Part shown: positions 22,527-34,042 of the stretch, piece after piece | Layout of the letters: each line of letters starts with the position of its first letter | Position numbering within the stretch: the stretch's first letter is position 1 | Origin: Macrostomum lignano | Taxonomy: Eukaryota | Reading direction: 5' to 3' | NCBI GenBank assembly: GCA_002269645.1 | Contig: NIVC01002734.1 | Coordinates: 81,223 to 145,222 of the forward strand | DNA length: 64,000 nt | Position numbers and translations under genes: made by a program | The notes under the pieces: generated by a model | What the model saw: the letters and a program-made list of their open reading frames with translations, nothing else | Databases searched by the model: none | What the model was told of the DNA's origin: nothing

Positions 22527-25500
22527 GATGATAGCACGCGGAGCAGCGATCGTCCTCCGCTTGAGCCGGCGGTCACTGCAGCCGAAGCGGCAGGCAGCAA
22601 ACAGTCCTGCGATCGTCCTCCGCTTGAGCCGGCGGTCACTGCAGCCGAAGCGGCAGGCAGCAGACAGTCCTGCGATCGTCCTCCGCTTGAGCCAGTGGTC
22701 ACTGCAGCCGAAGCCGCAGCATTCATCGGATCCTTGCAAAATAAAATATCTTTTCTGGCATTCCAAATCCCAAATGGCTTTCATAAACGCACAGTTCCCC
22801 GTTGGAAAGCCGAATACAAAGTGCGGCGTCAGCGTTAGCTGACTCGCATGTACGCACCAGAAATGGTGAGAGTGAAGCGTCTGAAGTAAATAATGATGCA
22901 TAGTCTTCTTCTCAGTTTTGAACATAAATGGAGACAGTACTCAAGGGCACAGTGGGAGATAGCCTGGAAGTGGTTGCCATGGAAGGGGTAGCCTGGGAGA
23001 GTAGCCTGGAAGAGCTGCCTGGGAGGGTTAGACTGGAAGGGCTGCCTGCGAGGGGTAGTCTCGGAGCGCTGCCTTGGAGGGGTAGAGTGGAAGAGGAGCC
23101 TGAGAGGGGTTGAGTAAGAGGGGTAGCCTGGCAAGAGTAGCCAGGAAGGGTAGCCTAGGAGCGCTGTCTGGAAGAGGTTGATGAGAGATGAAGCCCGGAA
23201 GGCCGGCAGGATGTGGAGAAGCCGGCAGGATGTGGAGAAGCCGGCAGGGTGTGGGGAAGGGTAGCAGGGAGTAGGGAAGTCCAGCAGGAAGTGGGGAAGC
23301 CGGCAGGGTGTAGGGAATGCCAGAAGGGAGTGGGAAAGGCCTGCATTGATGGGGAAGGAAAGCAAGGTGTAGGGAAAGCCTGCATTGGTAGTGAAGATTA
23401 CCAGGGTGTGGGGAAAGACAGCAGGGTGTGGGGAAGGACAGCAGGGTGTGGGGAAGGGTAGCAGGGAGTAGGGAAGGCCAGCAGGATGAGGGGAAGCAGG
23501 CAGGGTGTGGGGAAGGCCGGCAGGGTGTGGGGAAGGGTAGCAAGGAGTAGGGAAGGCCAGCAGGATGTAGGGAAGGCCGGCAGGGTGTGGGGAATGCCAG
23601 CAGGGAGTGAGGAAGGCCTGCATTGATGGGGAAGGACAGCAGGGTGTGGGGAAGGGTAGCAGGGAGTAGGGAAGGCCAGCAGGATGTGGGGAAGGACAGC
23701 AGGGTGTGGGGAAGGGTAGCAGGGAGTAGGGAAGGCGAGCAGGATGTGGGGAAGCTAGCAGGGTGTGGGGAAGGCCAGCAAGGAGTAAGGAAGGCTGGCA
23801 AGGGTGTGGGGAAGGCCAGCAGGGTGTGGGGAATGCCAACAGGGAGTGAGGAAGGCCTGCATTGATGGGGAAGGACAGTAGGGTAGGGGAAAGACAGCAG
23901 GGAATTGGGGAAGGACAGCAGGGTGTAGGGAAAGCCTGCATTGGTAGTGAAGACAAGCAGGGTGTGGGGAAGGACAGCAGGATGTGGGGAAGGGTAGCAG
24001 GGAGTAGGGAAGGCCAGCAGGATGTGGGGAAGCAGGCAGGGTGTGGGGAAGGCCGGCAGGGTGTGGGGAAGGACAACAGGGTGTGGGGAAGGGTAGCAGG
24101 GAGTAGAGAAGGTCAGCAGGATGTGGGGAAGCCGGCAGGGTGTGGGGAAGGCCGGCAGGGTGTGGGGAAGGGTAGCAAGGAGTAGGGAAGGCCAGCAGGA
24201 TGTGGGGAAGGCCGGCAGGGTGTGGGGAATGCCAGCAGGGAGTGAGGAAGGCCTGCATTGATGGGGAAGGACAGCAGGGTGTGGGGAAGGGTAGCAGGGA
24301 GTAGGGAAGGCCAGCAGGATGTGGGGAAGGCCGGCAGGGTGTGGGGAATGCCAGCAGGGAGTGAGGAAGGCCTGCATTGATGGGGAAGGACAGCAGGGTG
24401 TAGGGAAAGCCTGCATTGGTAGTGTAAGGCAAGCAGGGTGTGGGGAAGGACAGCAGGGTGTGGGGAAGGGTAGCAGGGAGTAGGGAAGGCAAGGCCAGCA
24501 GGATGTGGGGAAGCCGGCAGGGTGTGGGGAAGGCCGGCAGGGTGTGGGGAAGGGTAGCAAGGAGTAGGGAAGGCCAGCAGGATGTGGGGAAGGACAGCAG
24601 GGTGTGGGGAAGGGTAGCAGGGAGTAGGGAAGGCGAGCAGGATGTGGGGAAGCTAGCAGGGTGTGGGGAAGGCCAGCAAGGAGTAAGGAAGGCTGGCAAG
24701 GGTGTGGGGAAGGCCGGCAGGGTGTGGGGAATGCCAGCAGGGAGTGAGGAAGGCCTGCATTGATGGGGAAGGACAGCAGGGTAGGGGAAAGACAGCAGGG
24801 TATGGGGAAGGACAGCAGGGTGTAGGGAAAGCCTGCATTGGTAGTGAAGACAAGCAGGGTGTGGGGAAGGACAGCAGGATGTGGGGAAGGGTAGCAGGGA
24901 GTAGGGAAGGCCAGCAGGATGTGGGGAAGGCCGGCAGGGTGTGGGGAAGGGTAGCAAGGAGTAGGGAAGGCCAGCAGGATGTGGGGAAGGCCGGCAGGGT
25001 GTGGGGAATGCCAACAGGGAGTGAGGAAGGCCTGCATTGATGGGGAAGGACAGCAGGGTGTGGGGAAGGGTAGCAGGGAGTAGGGAAGGCCAGCAGGATG
25101 TGGGGAAGCTGGCAGGGTGTGGGGAAGGCCAGCAAGGAGTAAGGAAGGCTGGCAAGGGTGTGGGGAAGGACAGCAGGGTAGGGGAAAGACAGCAGGGTAT
25201 GGGAAAGACAGTAGGGTGTGGGGAAGGCTAGCAGGATATGGGAAAAGCCAGCAAGGTGTGGCCATGTGGGAAGGCCAACAAGATACAATGAAGGCCAAGC
25301 AGGATACATTGAAGAGCAGCAAGGTTTGTGAAAGACAGCAGGGTATGGAAAAGGCCTATAAAAGACAATGAAGGGCAGCAAGGTATGGGAAAGGCTTGTA
25401 TTGATAAGAAAAGGTAGCAAGTGTTGTAGGAAGGCCATTGGGGTAAGGTATGGTAAAGGGCAGTAGGGTGTAACCATGTAGGGAAGGCTAGCAGGTTATG

Positions 25501-26329
25501 GGGAAAGGGAAGGTTAAAAAAACAAAAAATATAGAACCTCTAAATACTAAATACTAATTTCAGGCTTAACCTATAACATAAAATAGTAGAATAGAACCCA
25601 ATTTATCAATAAAATAAAAAATAAAAAATACATCCATTTATGGAATTTTATGCTAGCTCAGCTAGTTGTACTACATATATATAATAGGCTATTAGTATAG
25701 TATATTAGAACCCTAAATTATGGTTGTTCAATATATCTATCAATATAGCTAGCTTTACTAAATAGTTTCTCTCCTAAACTCAGGATTCAGGGTTCAGAAA
25801 AAAGAATATTGAATATATAGCCCTAGGCCTAGCTTAGTCACACAGTTATTGCATTCAGTTACAAAATTGTGCATAGGCCTAGCTACAAACTGAAACTGAG
25901 CGCCATCCAAGTTCACTAATTGAACTTTAAGTCGAGTTGTATTGTTCTCCTGTTCTAATATTAATTCGCTGGGCCTATTAATATTGTGGAAATAATAAAC
26001 AGCTAGTAGGCCTACATAAAATAATGTTAAATGTTAACACTTACACTTGTAACTAAGTCATCCTGACCTAATTTTTATCTAGCATTCTAGTGACACTAAA
26101 ATACTGTACTAGAGAATAGTAGCGTAGTAGGTTAGTAAAATCGCTAGGCCTACTTTGCATTAGTGAACTAAAAAATAAGCAGAAACGTCTGTTCAAATTT
26201 GTGCCATATTTGGCCCTTGTGCGCATAAAAAAGGCGGTCTATAGCATGCTACTGTATCATATAGCATGATACGGACTGCCTTATAGGCGGTTTTTGCCGT
26301 GTTCTATACCGCCTAACGTGTATATACGG
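22527..26329 (-). repeat. Foldback 2, right arm (C')
   Basis: Reverse complement of 12643-16622, with a SNP (ctatgcta vs ctacgcta), a different array length, and an extra/rearranged block at ~22717-23170. Confidence 0.92.
23170..25512 (+). repeat. G-rich minisatellite in arm C' (canonical G4 motifs)
   Basis: Repeated GGGtgtGGGGaaGGGtagcaGGG, e.g. 23247-23269. Confidence 0.9.
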
Positions 26330-26332
26330 CTG

Positions 26333-26546
26333 CTATCGACGGGTATTATCTGCCTTTAAGGAAAATGCTCTCAAGGAAAAGGCTAAAAAAAGGTTAAGGC
26401 TCTTGTGAAGAGGTATTTTTGAGCCTTACGTTGTGTCACGGGTGATACATCTTACTAATACATTTTCGTACACAAAACATGTATTGACCGCTTCTGAAGC
26501 CGAAAAAAACGTGTCCTATTCTGCTACGTGTTTGTGACACGGCTGG
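26333..26546 (-). repeat. Right terminal inverted repeat (A')
   Basis: Reverse complement of 204/210-418. Confidence 0.9.
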
Positions 26547-26600
26547 CAGATAAAAGGGCGACAGTCAAAAGGGCGACAGTCAAAAGGGCGACAGTTACAG
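26547..26600 (+). mobile_element. Continuation of the host MULE subterminal repeats
   Basis: cagataaaagggcgacagtcaaaagggcgacagtcaaaagggcgacagttacag. Confidence 0.7.
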
Positions 26601-26777
26601 TGTATTTATATTGAAAATACGAGTTCCACGTACATTAAAAGTATTTGTTAAAAGCAGTAAACATGTATCATACTTGTATTTGTTAAAATGCGTTGTTAAA
26701 ATTGTACGAGCAGTTAAAATGGGGTTGTATAAAAGCTGGACACGTATTGGACTCACTATTAAATGTTAAAATGTGGT

Positions 26778-28439
26778 TCAGTGAGGTCCATTTATTTCAC
26801 TAACCGCCTTCAGTAGATCATCCGCCGAGCGGTTGCCACGCCTGAATTCTCTCCAGTATTTGAAGTACTGGGCCTGCATGCTTCGGTATCTGTTGCGCTG
26901 TACGCGGCGCATTACTCCTTGGGAGAGGAGGTGCACCTCTACGGGGATCATTCGCGCTTCATTGAATAGGAGCTTGATGAGCAGGTAGAATTGGATGTTT
27001 CCTCGCTGGGCTCTGTAGTTTAGAGCGCGATGCCAGCTCTCTAAGTCGTTTTTTTCATTTTTTCATAACTTCACCTGTCTGTATAAGGAGATGTCATGGA
27101 CGTTCCAGATGGAGCTGGTGATCCACGTCACTTGGACATAGTCGCACAGGGCAGACAGGAGAGGTGTTAGAGTAGTCTCAACGCGGAGACGGTAAAATGT
27201 CATCGCGATATGCTGAGGTGGCAGGAAGGGGAGCGCCATCAGCTTTCGGCAGAATCGCTGAGTTCCATCATCGTCACAGTATGCTGGCTGCAAGCCTAGC
27301 TGCTGAATGTGACGCCAAACAGCCTGCGTGTAGTGGAAGACACATCCGCGAATAGATGCTTGTGGGAAGACAGTTCGGATGGCTCTCCAAACTGCAGCCT
27401 CAAAGTCAACGACAAAGCCCTCTGGTTTCGCGTGCGGGACGATGGCCTTAAGTGCCTTGCATGTATACATGTAGGAAGGAATTATGACAATGGTTAGCTT
27501 TTACTTCTCATTCTTTTCATTCTACATGTACATGTATACATGTAATTTTCTTACCTCAAGTACTTGCTGGTAATCTTCGCGGCTTTTTCCAGACATGAAT
27601 ACAAAGGCAAGTGGGACTTGTTTCATGCTGTCTCCATTAGAGATGAACGCGTGAATCGAATAAAGCTGCTGAAATGGCTGTTGGATGACATTGAAAGTGC
27701 CATCCATATACCACCATGTGGCTCGTATCAACAGCGATAGCATGTCATCTGTAGCGAAGATGATGTGGCGACGGCCATTCACATGAATGTCGCTACGGAG
27801 AAAGTTGTTGGGAATGGCATTCATGTCAATGTCAAAGTCGATTGTGTCTGGCTCCTCTGGACGGTCTTTGCGCCGGTCTCGATTGGCAGCCTGTGCAAGG
27901 TTGTCAGGATTTGGCATTCTCGGACCACTCTGAAAGTCGTTGAGCACTTGCAGCAGCTCTTCTCGTGCAATTTGAGGCGCTGACTGAAACAGTTTTTGTC
28001 GCGCCTGAGTTTTAACACGCTGTTTCAACTTCCTCTCTGCTGGTCTATGAAGTGGAGGATGGTTGTGGTGACTGTGGCCTTTGGTGAAGGTGTCACCCTT
28101 TTGAACCACTGTGGCGCCACAGTGTGCTTTGCACTGCGAGCATCGCCAGTATGTGTTGTTGCCACGAGTCCGTGACACACCAAAGCTGTACTGACCATCC
28201 ACGATTAATACATCTTTCTTCTTGTTTGAGCCATCACGAATCAGTTCAAAATCTGCAATCTCCCGTGCTGTGATCTCCCGAGGAGCTGGATCTCGAATGC
28301 TTATGCCAGTGTCCGTTGGCACACCATCCTGACTGACATCATTTCCATCCACATGGGGCAAGTAAGGACGACTGCAAAGCACATATTGGCATTGCACTGA
28401 ATTTGGTTTCACCATTATATAGAGCTGAGACAAATCCAT
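26778..28439 (-). pseudogene. FLYWCH-domain Mutator (MULE) DDE transposase, spliced, with one in-frame stop
   Basis: FLYWCH-like (YSF...TYWRCSQ..CGA...HHNHPP), WYMDGTF (D1), VVDFE (D2), NDLESWHRALN (E). GT-AG intron 27554-27456 joins LE|ALKA in frame. TGA at 27065-27063 lies just before NDLE. True 5' end not resolved. Confidence 0.85.
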
Positions 28440-29651
28440 GCTATAAAAAACGATTTATTATTAGTGAGCTTTTCAATTCATTTGCATGTACCTTTTTAGA
28501 AAATAAAGACCGCGCGTGTCTCTATATGGCTGGTAATCTCAGGCCTCGCCGAACGATTATCACGGTTGAAAATCTTGTCCAGCTTCCTGTTGACACAGAG
28601 AACGCCAGTTAGTTTATCATCAAGATCATTGCTAAAGTCGAACGGTGCCGACGATGAGTTTATCGTTCAGAGAGGTCCCCGAGGTGTACCATATGTCCAA
28701 TAAACCATTGCTTATATGGAAAAGCTCTTGCACATGAATCGCTATAGGCCGTAGTTCTGCTCATGTCTTGCTTAGACATTTATGTATCGGAATGGCTTCA
28801 AGAAAATTTTGTTTACCTGGGTAATATCGAGACCATGATCATGTCAAAAAACGTTCGCAATTGACGCACGTGCTGGGGGGCTATACTTTGGTGCTAGGAT
28901 GTTATTTCAACCCATTTGAATACATGAATTTTGGACGCACAAGGGCAAATACATTAGGAAGGATAACAGCAGATAAACTGGAGAGTATAAGTCACTTACC
29001 TTACAGTCGCCATGACTAGGACTATGCTAAGAGTCACACTGAAACTAGCAAATACAATGCAAATAGGACAAGTGTTTCTGATGATGAAGATCGCAAACCT
29101 GACTCTACAGCATGACAAACAATTAAGCTAATTGGTTTGAGAAAAAATTTCTCATTGGAACAAAATTCTGAGTAAATTTAGTAGCAAGATTACACTCTGG
29201 CGACTGTTGTCTGTGGAATAGGCATGACTGCTGCCTCCTACTGTATGGATAACATTTTGCTACACTGCATGATGATTGAACAGAGAAAGTAAGCATTTGA
29301 TAATCCGAACTACGATGTGCTACTAAGTCAGATTATATAATTGGGTAGCTCGTAGAGGCGTGAGTTGGATGCCCCACTGAGAATGAGGCGCGACTTATAA
29401 CACCGGGAATGTTACAGGGAGAGAAAGGCCGGTTAGCCTTGCAAAGTGTGTTTGAATATCTTTTTGATGCATAAAAACTTTCGGCCCACTTCCCACTTCC
29501 GGCTGTGAGCTGGTAGTACAGGGATGATCATCCCATTTTCAAGATCGTATATTTCAGTTGTCGCTAAGTGACAAAACAACACATCCTAAATACGCAAACT
29601 TGTTCCCAGCTAAATTAATTGTTTCCTAAGATTTCATTTCTTGTTTATCTT

Positions 29652-30356
29652 TCAGTACTTCTTGACGAACTTGGCCCAGCTCGGATCGGTCTCGATGGCG
29701 TCGCCGACGCTCGAGTCAGCGAAGTCCAGCATGCGGCAGTCACCGCTGGCCCGGTTGAACAGGACGGCCCGGCACTCCCAGCGCTGCACGCAGAGCCACA
29801 GGCAGTGAAACTCCGAGCTCACCGAGGCGTCAGTGTAGCAGTAGACAGGGCTGATGTTGCCCAGCTTCAGGAACTCCTCTCGTCGAAGGTACTCGCTGTT
29901 GGGCGTCGCGATCGGCTGGCAGACGAATCTTTTGCTCGAATTCGGGCGTCTGTCTCGCAAGCCTGCCTTGGTGACCCCTACAAAGTCATCGTCTATCGAA
30001 CCGCTGTTTGGCATGTCAGTCTTCCAGTCGCTGTCATTCAAAGTCGGAAACAGCGAGCCGTTGGTGAATCTCCAGCCACTGCGAGACGTGCCCGCCTCAA
30101 CCAGGAGGTCCGTCACTCCGATGTAGTAATAATCAAGCCAATGATTGACGGCTCGGATGGCAGTCAGGTCCATCAGCAGCTCTCCGCCGATTCCCAGGCA
30201 CAGTCTGGCTGCGTCGCACCAGCTGGAAACGCTGAGGTTGTAGCCGGGGTACACGCAGCTGCCCAGCCTGTCGATGAACGGAGCGACGCAGGCGCCAGAG
30301 TCAAGAGCTGCCAGTCCCGCAAACAGCGTCATCTTGAGCAGCAGTTTCGGTAGCAT
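29652..30356 (-). CDS. Secreted C-type lectin domain + PAN/apple-like domain protein (234 aa, intronless)
   Basis: ATG start and hydrophobic signal peptide. CTLD pattern (C..PF....GSC......SWCDA...C...GG.L....YYIG.TD......W.F..G....W....P......FVC). C-terminal C....C....C..V.F......C motif. Confidence 0.8.
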   Translation of the reverse strand: MLPKLLLKMTLFAGLAALDSGACVAPFIDRLGSCVYPGYNLSVSSWCDAARLCLGIGGELLMDLTAIRAVNHWLDYYYIGVTDLLVEAGTSRSGWRFTNGSLFPTLNDSDWKTDMPNSGSIDDDFVGVTKAGLRDRRPNSSKRFVCQPIATPNSEYLRREEFLKLGNISPVYCYTDASVSSEFHCLWLCVQRWECRAVLFNRASGDCRMLDFADSSVGDAIETDPSWAKFVKKY

Positions 30357-30671
30357 CAGCGAGTCTCAAGTCGGTGTAGCGTGGAGCAGCTTAATTTGTG
30401 AGCAAGTTGAAATTTTCTAAGTTGCCAACTGAAGGTATTTCTGCAAAATTTGAGCCCTATAAATCTATAGCTTAGTCTGTACCGCCTGCATTTATAGAGA
30501 GCTGCAGCAGCCAATGACTCGTAGCCAACCAACCGTCGATCCAGTGCAGCAGCGCCGACTTCGGAGACTGGCTTTGAACGATGCAAATAGCTTCCACAGC
30601 ATACTCACCTCTACACGTACGAGCGTTGCTATGATGAAAAAGTAGAGAAATTGAAATTTTATAGGAGACTA

Positions 30672-32967
30672 CTAATAATAATAATAATAGTTACACCCCA
30701 CGCCAGCCACGGGAGTGGCCAAGAGGGGGGAGCGTCAAATCGCACGTTTCAGAGCTAGGGTCTCTAACGTGCTTCACACCGGCCGCCTGGCTGGGTGTTC
30801 GCGCATCTTCAAAAAGGCGGTCGACGTAGCGGGCTGATCGCCCTGGCCACGCCTGCGCGGTCCCTGCGGGGTCCACAGCAGGACGTCCTGCAGCGGCTCT
30901 GGGCAGTAGGCTTCGGCCCGGGTGACATGTCCGGCAAGCCGCGGGCGCCGCTGACTCAGCAGGGCAGAAGGCCGCGTCAGGCCTGTGCGCTTGTACATGG
31001 ACTCGGTTGTCTCGCTGCCAGGGCCGCGGCGGGCGCCGAAAGCGGCGCGAACTAGGGCCGCATGTGCCGCGTCAAGCTGCGCCTCAAGCGCCCCGGTCAG
31101 CGTCCAGGTCCCAGAATTGTACAGCAGGGCGGTCTTAACAACCGCCTGGAACAGCTGGGACCTGGCGCCGTCGGACAGGGCCTCGGAGAGCAGCACCGCC
31201 CGCACAGATCGGAAGGCAGCCCAGGCCTTGCCGCGCCGTCTGGCCAGGTCGTCGCCGACGTCAGGCACCAGTCCGCCGAGGTAGACGAACTGAAGGCACT
31301 TCGGGAGCGCCATCCTGGGGCCGTCACCGTCTCGAAGTCTAATCTCGGCGGGTAGTAGCAGCGGCACCGTCAGCACCTCGGTCTTCCTGGCGTTGATGAC
31401 GAGACCGACTCTCGCCGCCGCCGCAGTCAGGCTGTCCAGCAGCCGTTGGGCGCCTTCGGCCGTCGAAGATAGCAGGGCGAGGTCGTCCGCGTAGCCGAGG
31501 ACAGACAGTTTCTTCTCCGGGTGCCTTCTACTGGTGCGCCTTTGCAGCAGAAAGCCGTCCTCTGTTGTCGGCAGGCCGGTTCTGAGCACCCAGTCCATCA
31601 CCAGCACGAAGAGAAAGGGCGCCAGAGTGTCACCCTGTAGCACTCCGGAGGTCGTGCTAAACAGGTACGACGGTCCGTCTGGCGTCGCTACCGCGGCGGT
31701 GGTGTCCTGATACAGCGCCATGATGGCGGAGATCAGCTGCTGCGGTACGTTGTAGGCACGGAGCACGTGAGGCAGCGCGCCGCGCGCCACCGAGTCGAAG
31801 GCCTTGAGGAAGTCAACAAAGATGACGATAAGGCTTGACTGGTGGATGCGCGCCTCCTCGATGATGCGGCGGAGGGCCAGGATCTGCGTCACCGTACCGC
31901 GATGGGGGCGGAACCCGTTCTGCTCGTACCGCAGGAACGAGTCCAGCACGGGCTGTAACCGTGCTAATAGCACCCGGTTGAACAGCTTCGCGGTACAGGA
32001 CATGAGCGAGATTCCACGATGCTCCTCCTTCCGTGTAGTGCCCGGCTTCTTCGGGATGCCGACGATGTTAGCCTGGTCCACTCGCGGGGCGCGGGCCTCC
32101 CGCCAGGACGCCGTTCATCACGCGGGCCACCTCAGTGGCAACCCTTGTGACTCGCAGCGCCTCGACGGGGACCTCGTCCGGGCCGGGGGCGCGGCCTCCC
32201 GGAGCCCTGCGGGCGAATTCCACGACGTCGGTGCTGGTCACAGGACGGGTGTCGAAGTCCTCCTGCCGCGGCAGCGCCACCTCGGGGGGCAGCGGCATCT
32301 CGTTCGGCAGAGTCGGCGGCGGCGCGTTGACAATGGCGGCGAAGAAGGTGCGCAGCTCGTTTCTGCGCTCTTCGGCCGTGTCGCCAGCCAGGTTGAGCGC
32401 CGTCTTCTTTTTGCGACCGGTTAGGGCGTTCACGACCGGCCAGACGACCTTGTTCTGCCGTTCAGGCCCGACTTAGGCGACTGCCCTGATTGCATCGTCA
32501 ACAGCGGCTTGTTGTCGACTAGCGTAGGCGTCTGCCAGGGCTTTCACGGCATCGGATGATCGGATGTCGGTCGCCTGGCTCGTCGCAGCTGCTGGACTGT
32601 GCGGCGGGCTTCCTGTGCCTCCGGGTCGCTCGCCCAAACCGGAAGTTGCCGTGACGCGGGCTCCATAAGTGGCAGAGTTTTGGCAACGGCAGTGGTGATG
32701 GCTGAGCTGATGGTGGTGTAGTCTGGCGCCTGCGCGGATCCCAGGGCAGTCGTGAAGGTGTACGCAAAGTTGCTGCGGGTACCGGGGTCTTGCAAGGCGC
32801 GGAAAAGTCTTCTCCTAGGGTGTTTTGGTGGCCTGTACAGCGGGTCAGAGAGCCTCAGGTCGCAGTAGAGAAGGCGATGGTCGGACCGGAGAGCCAGGGG
32901 TTCCACTGTGTCACAGTTCTGCAGCCGACTGCGTTCGCGGTGTCGAACCAGCACGTGGTCAAACTCT
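30672..32967 (-). mobile_element. 5'-truncated RTE-like non-LTR retrotransposon
   Basis: 9-bp TSD aggagacta (30663-30671 and 32968-32976). (ATT)n 3' tail at 30672-30690. Endonuclease tail (FDHVLV...SDHRLL) and RT in shifted frames. Confidence 0.88.
30774..32081 (-). pseudogene. Reverse transcriptase domain of the RTE-like LINE
   Basis: HRGISLMS..AKLFNRV, QNGFR, FVDFLKAFDSV, GVLQGDTLAPFLF, GYADD. Frameshifts and stops upstream and downstream. Confidence 0.9.
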
Positions 32968-33034
32968 AAGGAGACTAACAAAATAAATACAGCAAGTCCA
33001 GATAAGAGCGAAGTATTAAAACATCTCAAAAGAA

Positions 33035-33402
33035 GGGGGTCGTAGCCCAGTGGTCCTGCGCGGCGCTCTGATGTGCCAGCGGCCCAGGCTCGATTCCAAG
33101 TGCAGTCACATTAATTTGGGGCTAAATTGGAATCTCGGCTTGGCTCTGCTCGTGCAATTAGCGCCTTTGAGGCCCAACACCCAAGGCACAGTGAAGTGTA
33201 CATGCCTAACGATAAAGTTAGGGCCGCTGTACACTCCTGTGTGAGTGTGTGCCTGTGCGTATGACTGCGTACGTATCCGCGCGCTTGTGTGCCTGCTCAG
33301 GGGAGTCGACGGAATGGGCAGTAATGCCCCTCGCCGGTTGTGTGACAATGTCGCTTAAAGTGCACAAAGGTGCACACAGCCCCTTGCCTCTAACTAAAAA
33401 AA
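33035..33402 (+). mobile_element. tRNA-derived SINE
   Basis: A-box tagcccagtgg and B-box ggctcgattcc, ~360-bp body, A-rich end. Confidence 0.65.
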
Positions 33403-34042
33403 TTCTACATGGCAAAGTTCGAAGTACAACAGCCAAGTTCTAATGCAAGACACAAATAGTGTTAGCCAAACAGCAGCCCATGCAGTTTCCAGCTTTAGAG
33501 GGCCCGATCAATGACCGAGCAGCACGTTCGATGCCGTGCGGTACATTGACTCGAATTCGCTAGGGTAAAATTCGGGCTGCCGCCCCTTTGGTGACGCCAC
33601 CATCCGATAGCGCACTCAAGATGGCTCCTCCTTCTGCAGTTGCCCCGCGATTTTAAAATCTTGCTTTCTACTCTAGTTTATCTGTCAATTGTCAGATGCC
33701 ATGGAGTGCCACTTTAAAACTGTGGGTGGTTCACGAGTAGCTCATATCGTTAATTCAGCCAAAATTCAGACGAAGCTCAAGTGGAGAAGCAAATACTCAG
33801 TCAAATTTTCTGTGTGGTGCTTCAACAGAGAAATATTTTTGTCGCACAGAGTCAACAAGAATTGCTAGCTTAAAAGACAGTTGCACCATCCTTGAAAATC
33901 GACTAAGGGACGCCAGGTAAAAAAGGGGGTACCAGCTACAGAGGGGGGCACAGAGGGAGCGGTGCTAATATTGCGAGTAGTATAGTATGTGTTTTTTGCG
34001 ACAATGCATCCAAAAACGATCTTAATTTGCACGATAAATACT

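Larger units (their letters stand above)
204..26546. mobile_element. 26.3-kb non-autonomous double-foldback element with Mutator-type ends
   Basis: TIRs 204-418 and 26333-26546 are reverse complements from 210 to 418. A direct repeat cagataaaa flanks them at 195-203 and 26547-26555 (10 bp if the next g is counted). Removing the element and one copy of the repeat restores an uninterrupted aaaagggcgacag array. Confidence 0.85.

Noticed and set aside
204-26546. Endogenous virus or Polinton explanation for the giant element
   Set aside because: No polymerase, integrase, capsid or helicase ORFs were found. The resemblance to herpesvirus genome layout is only geometric.
28440-29650. Second terminus or TSD of the host MULE, and its first exon
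   Set aside because: No reverse complement of GGCTACAG/aaaagggcgaca and no convincing upstream exon were found.
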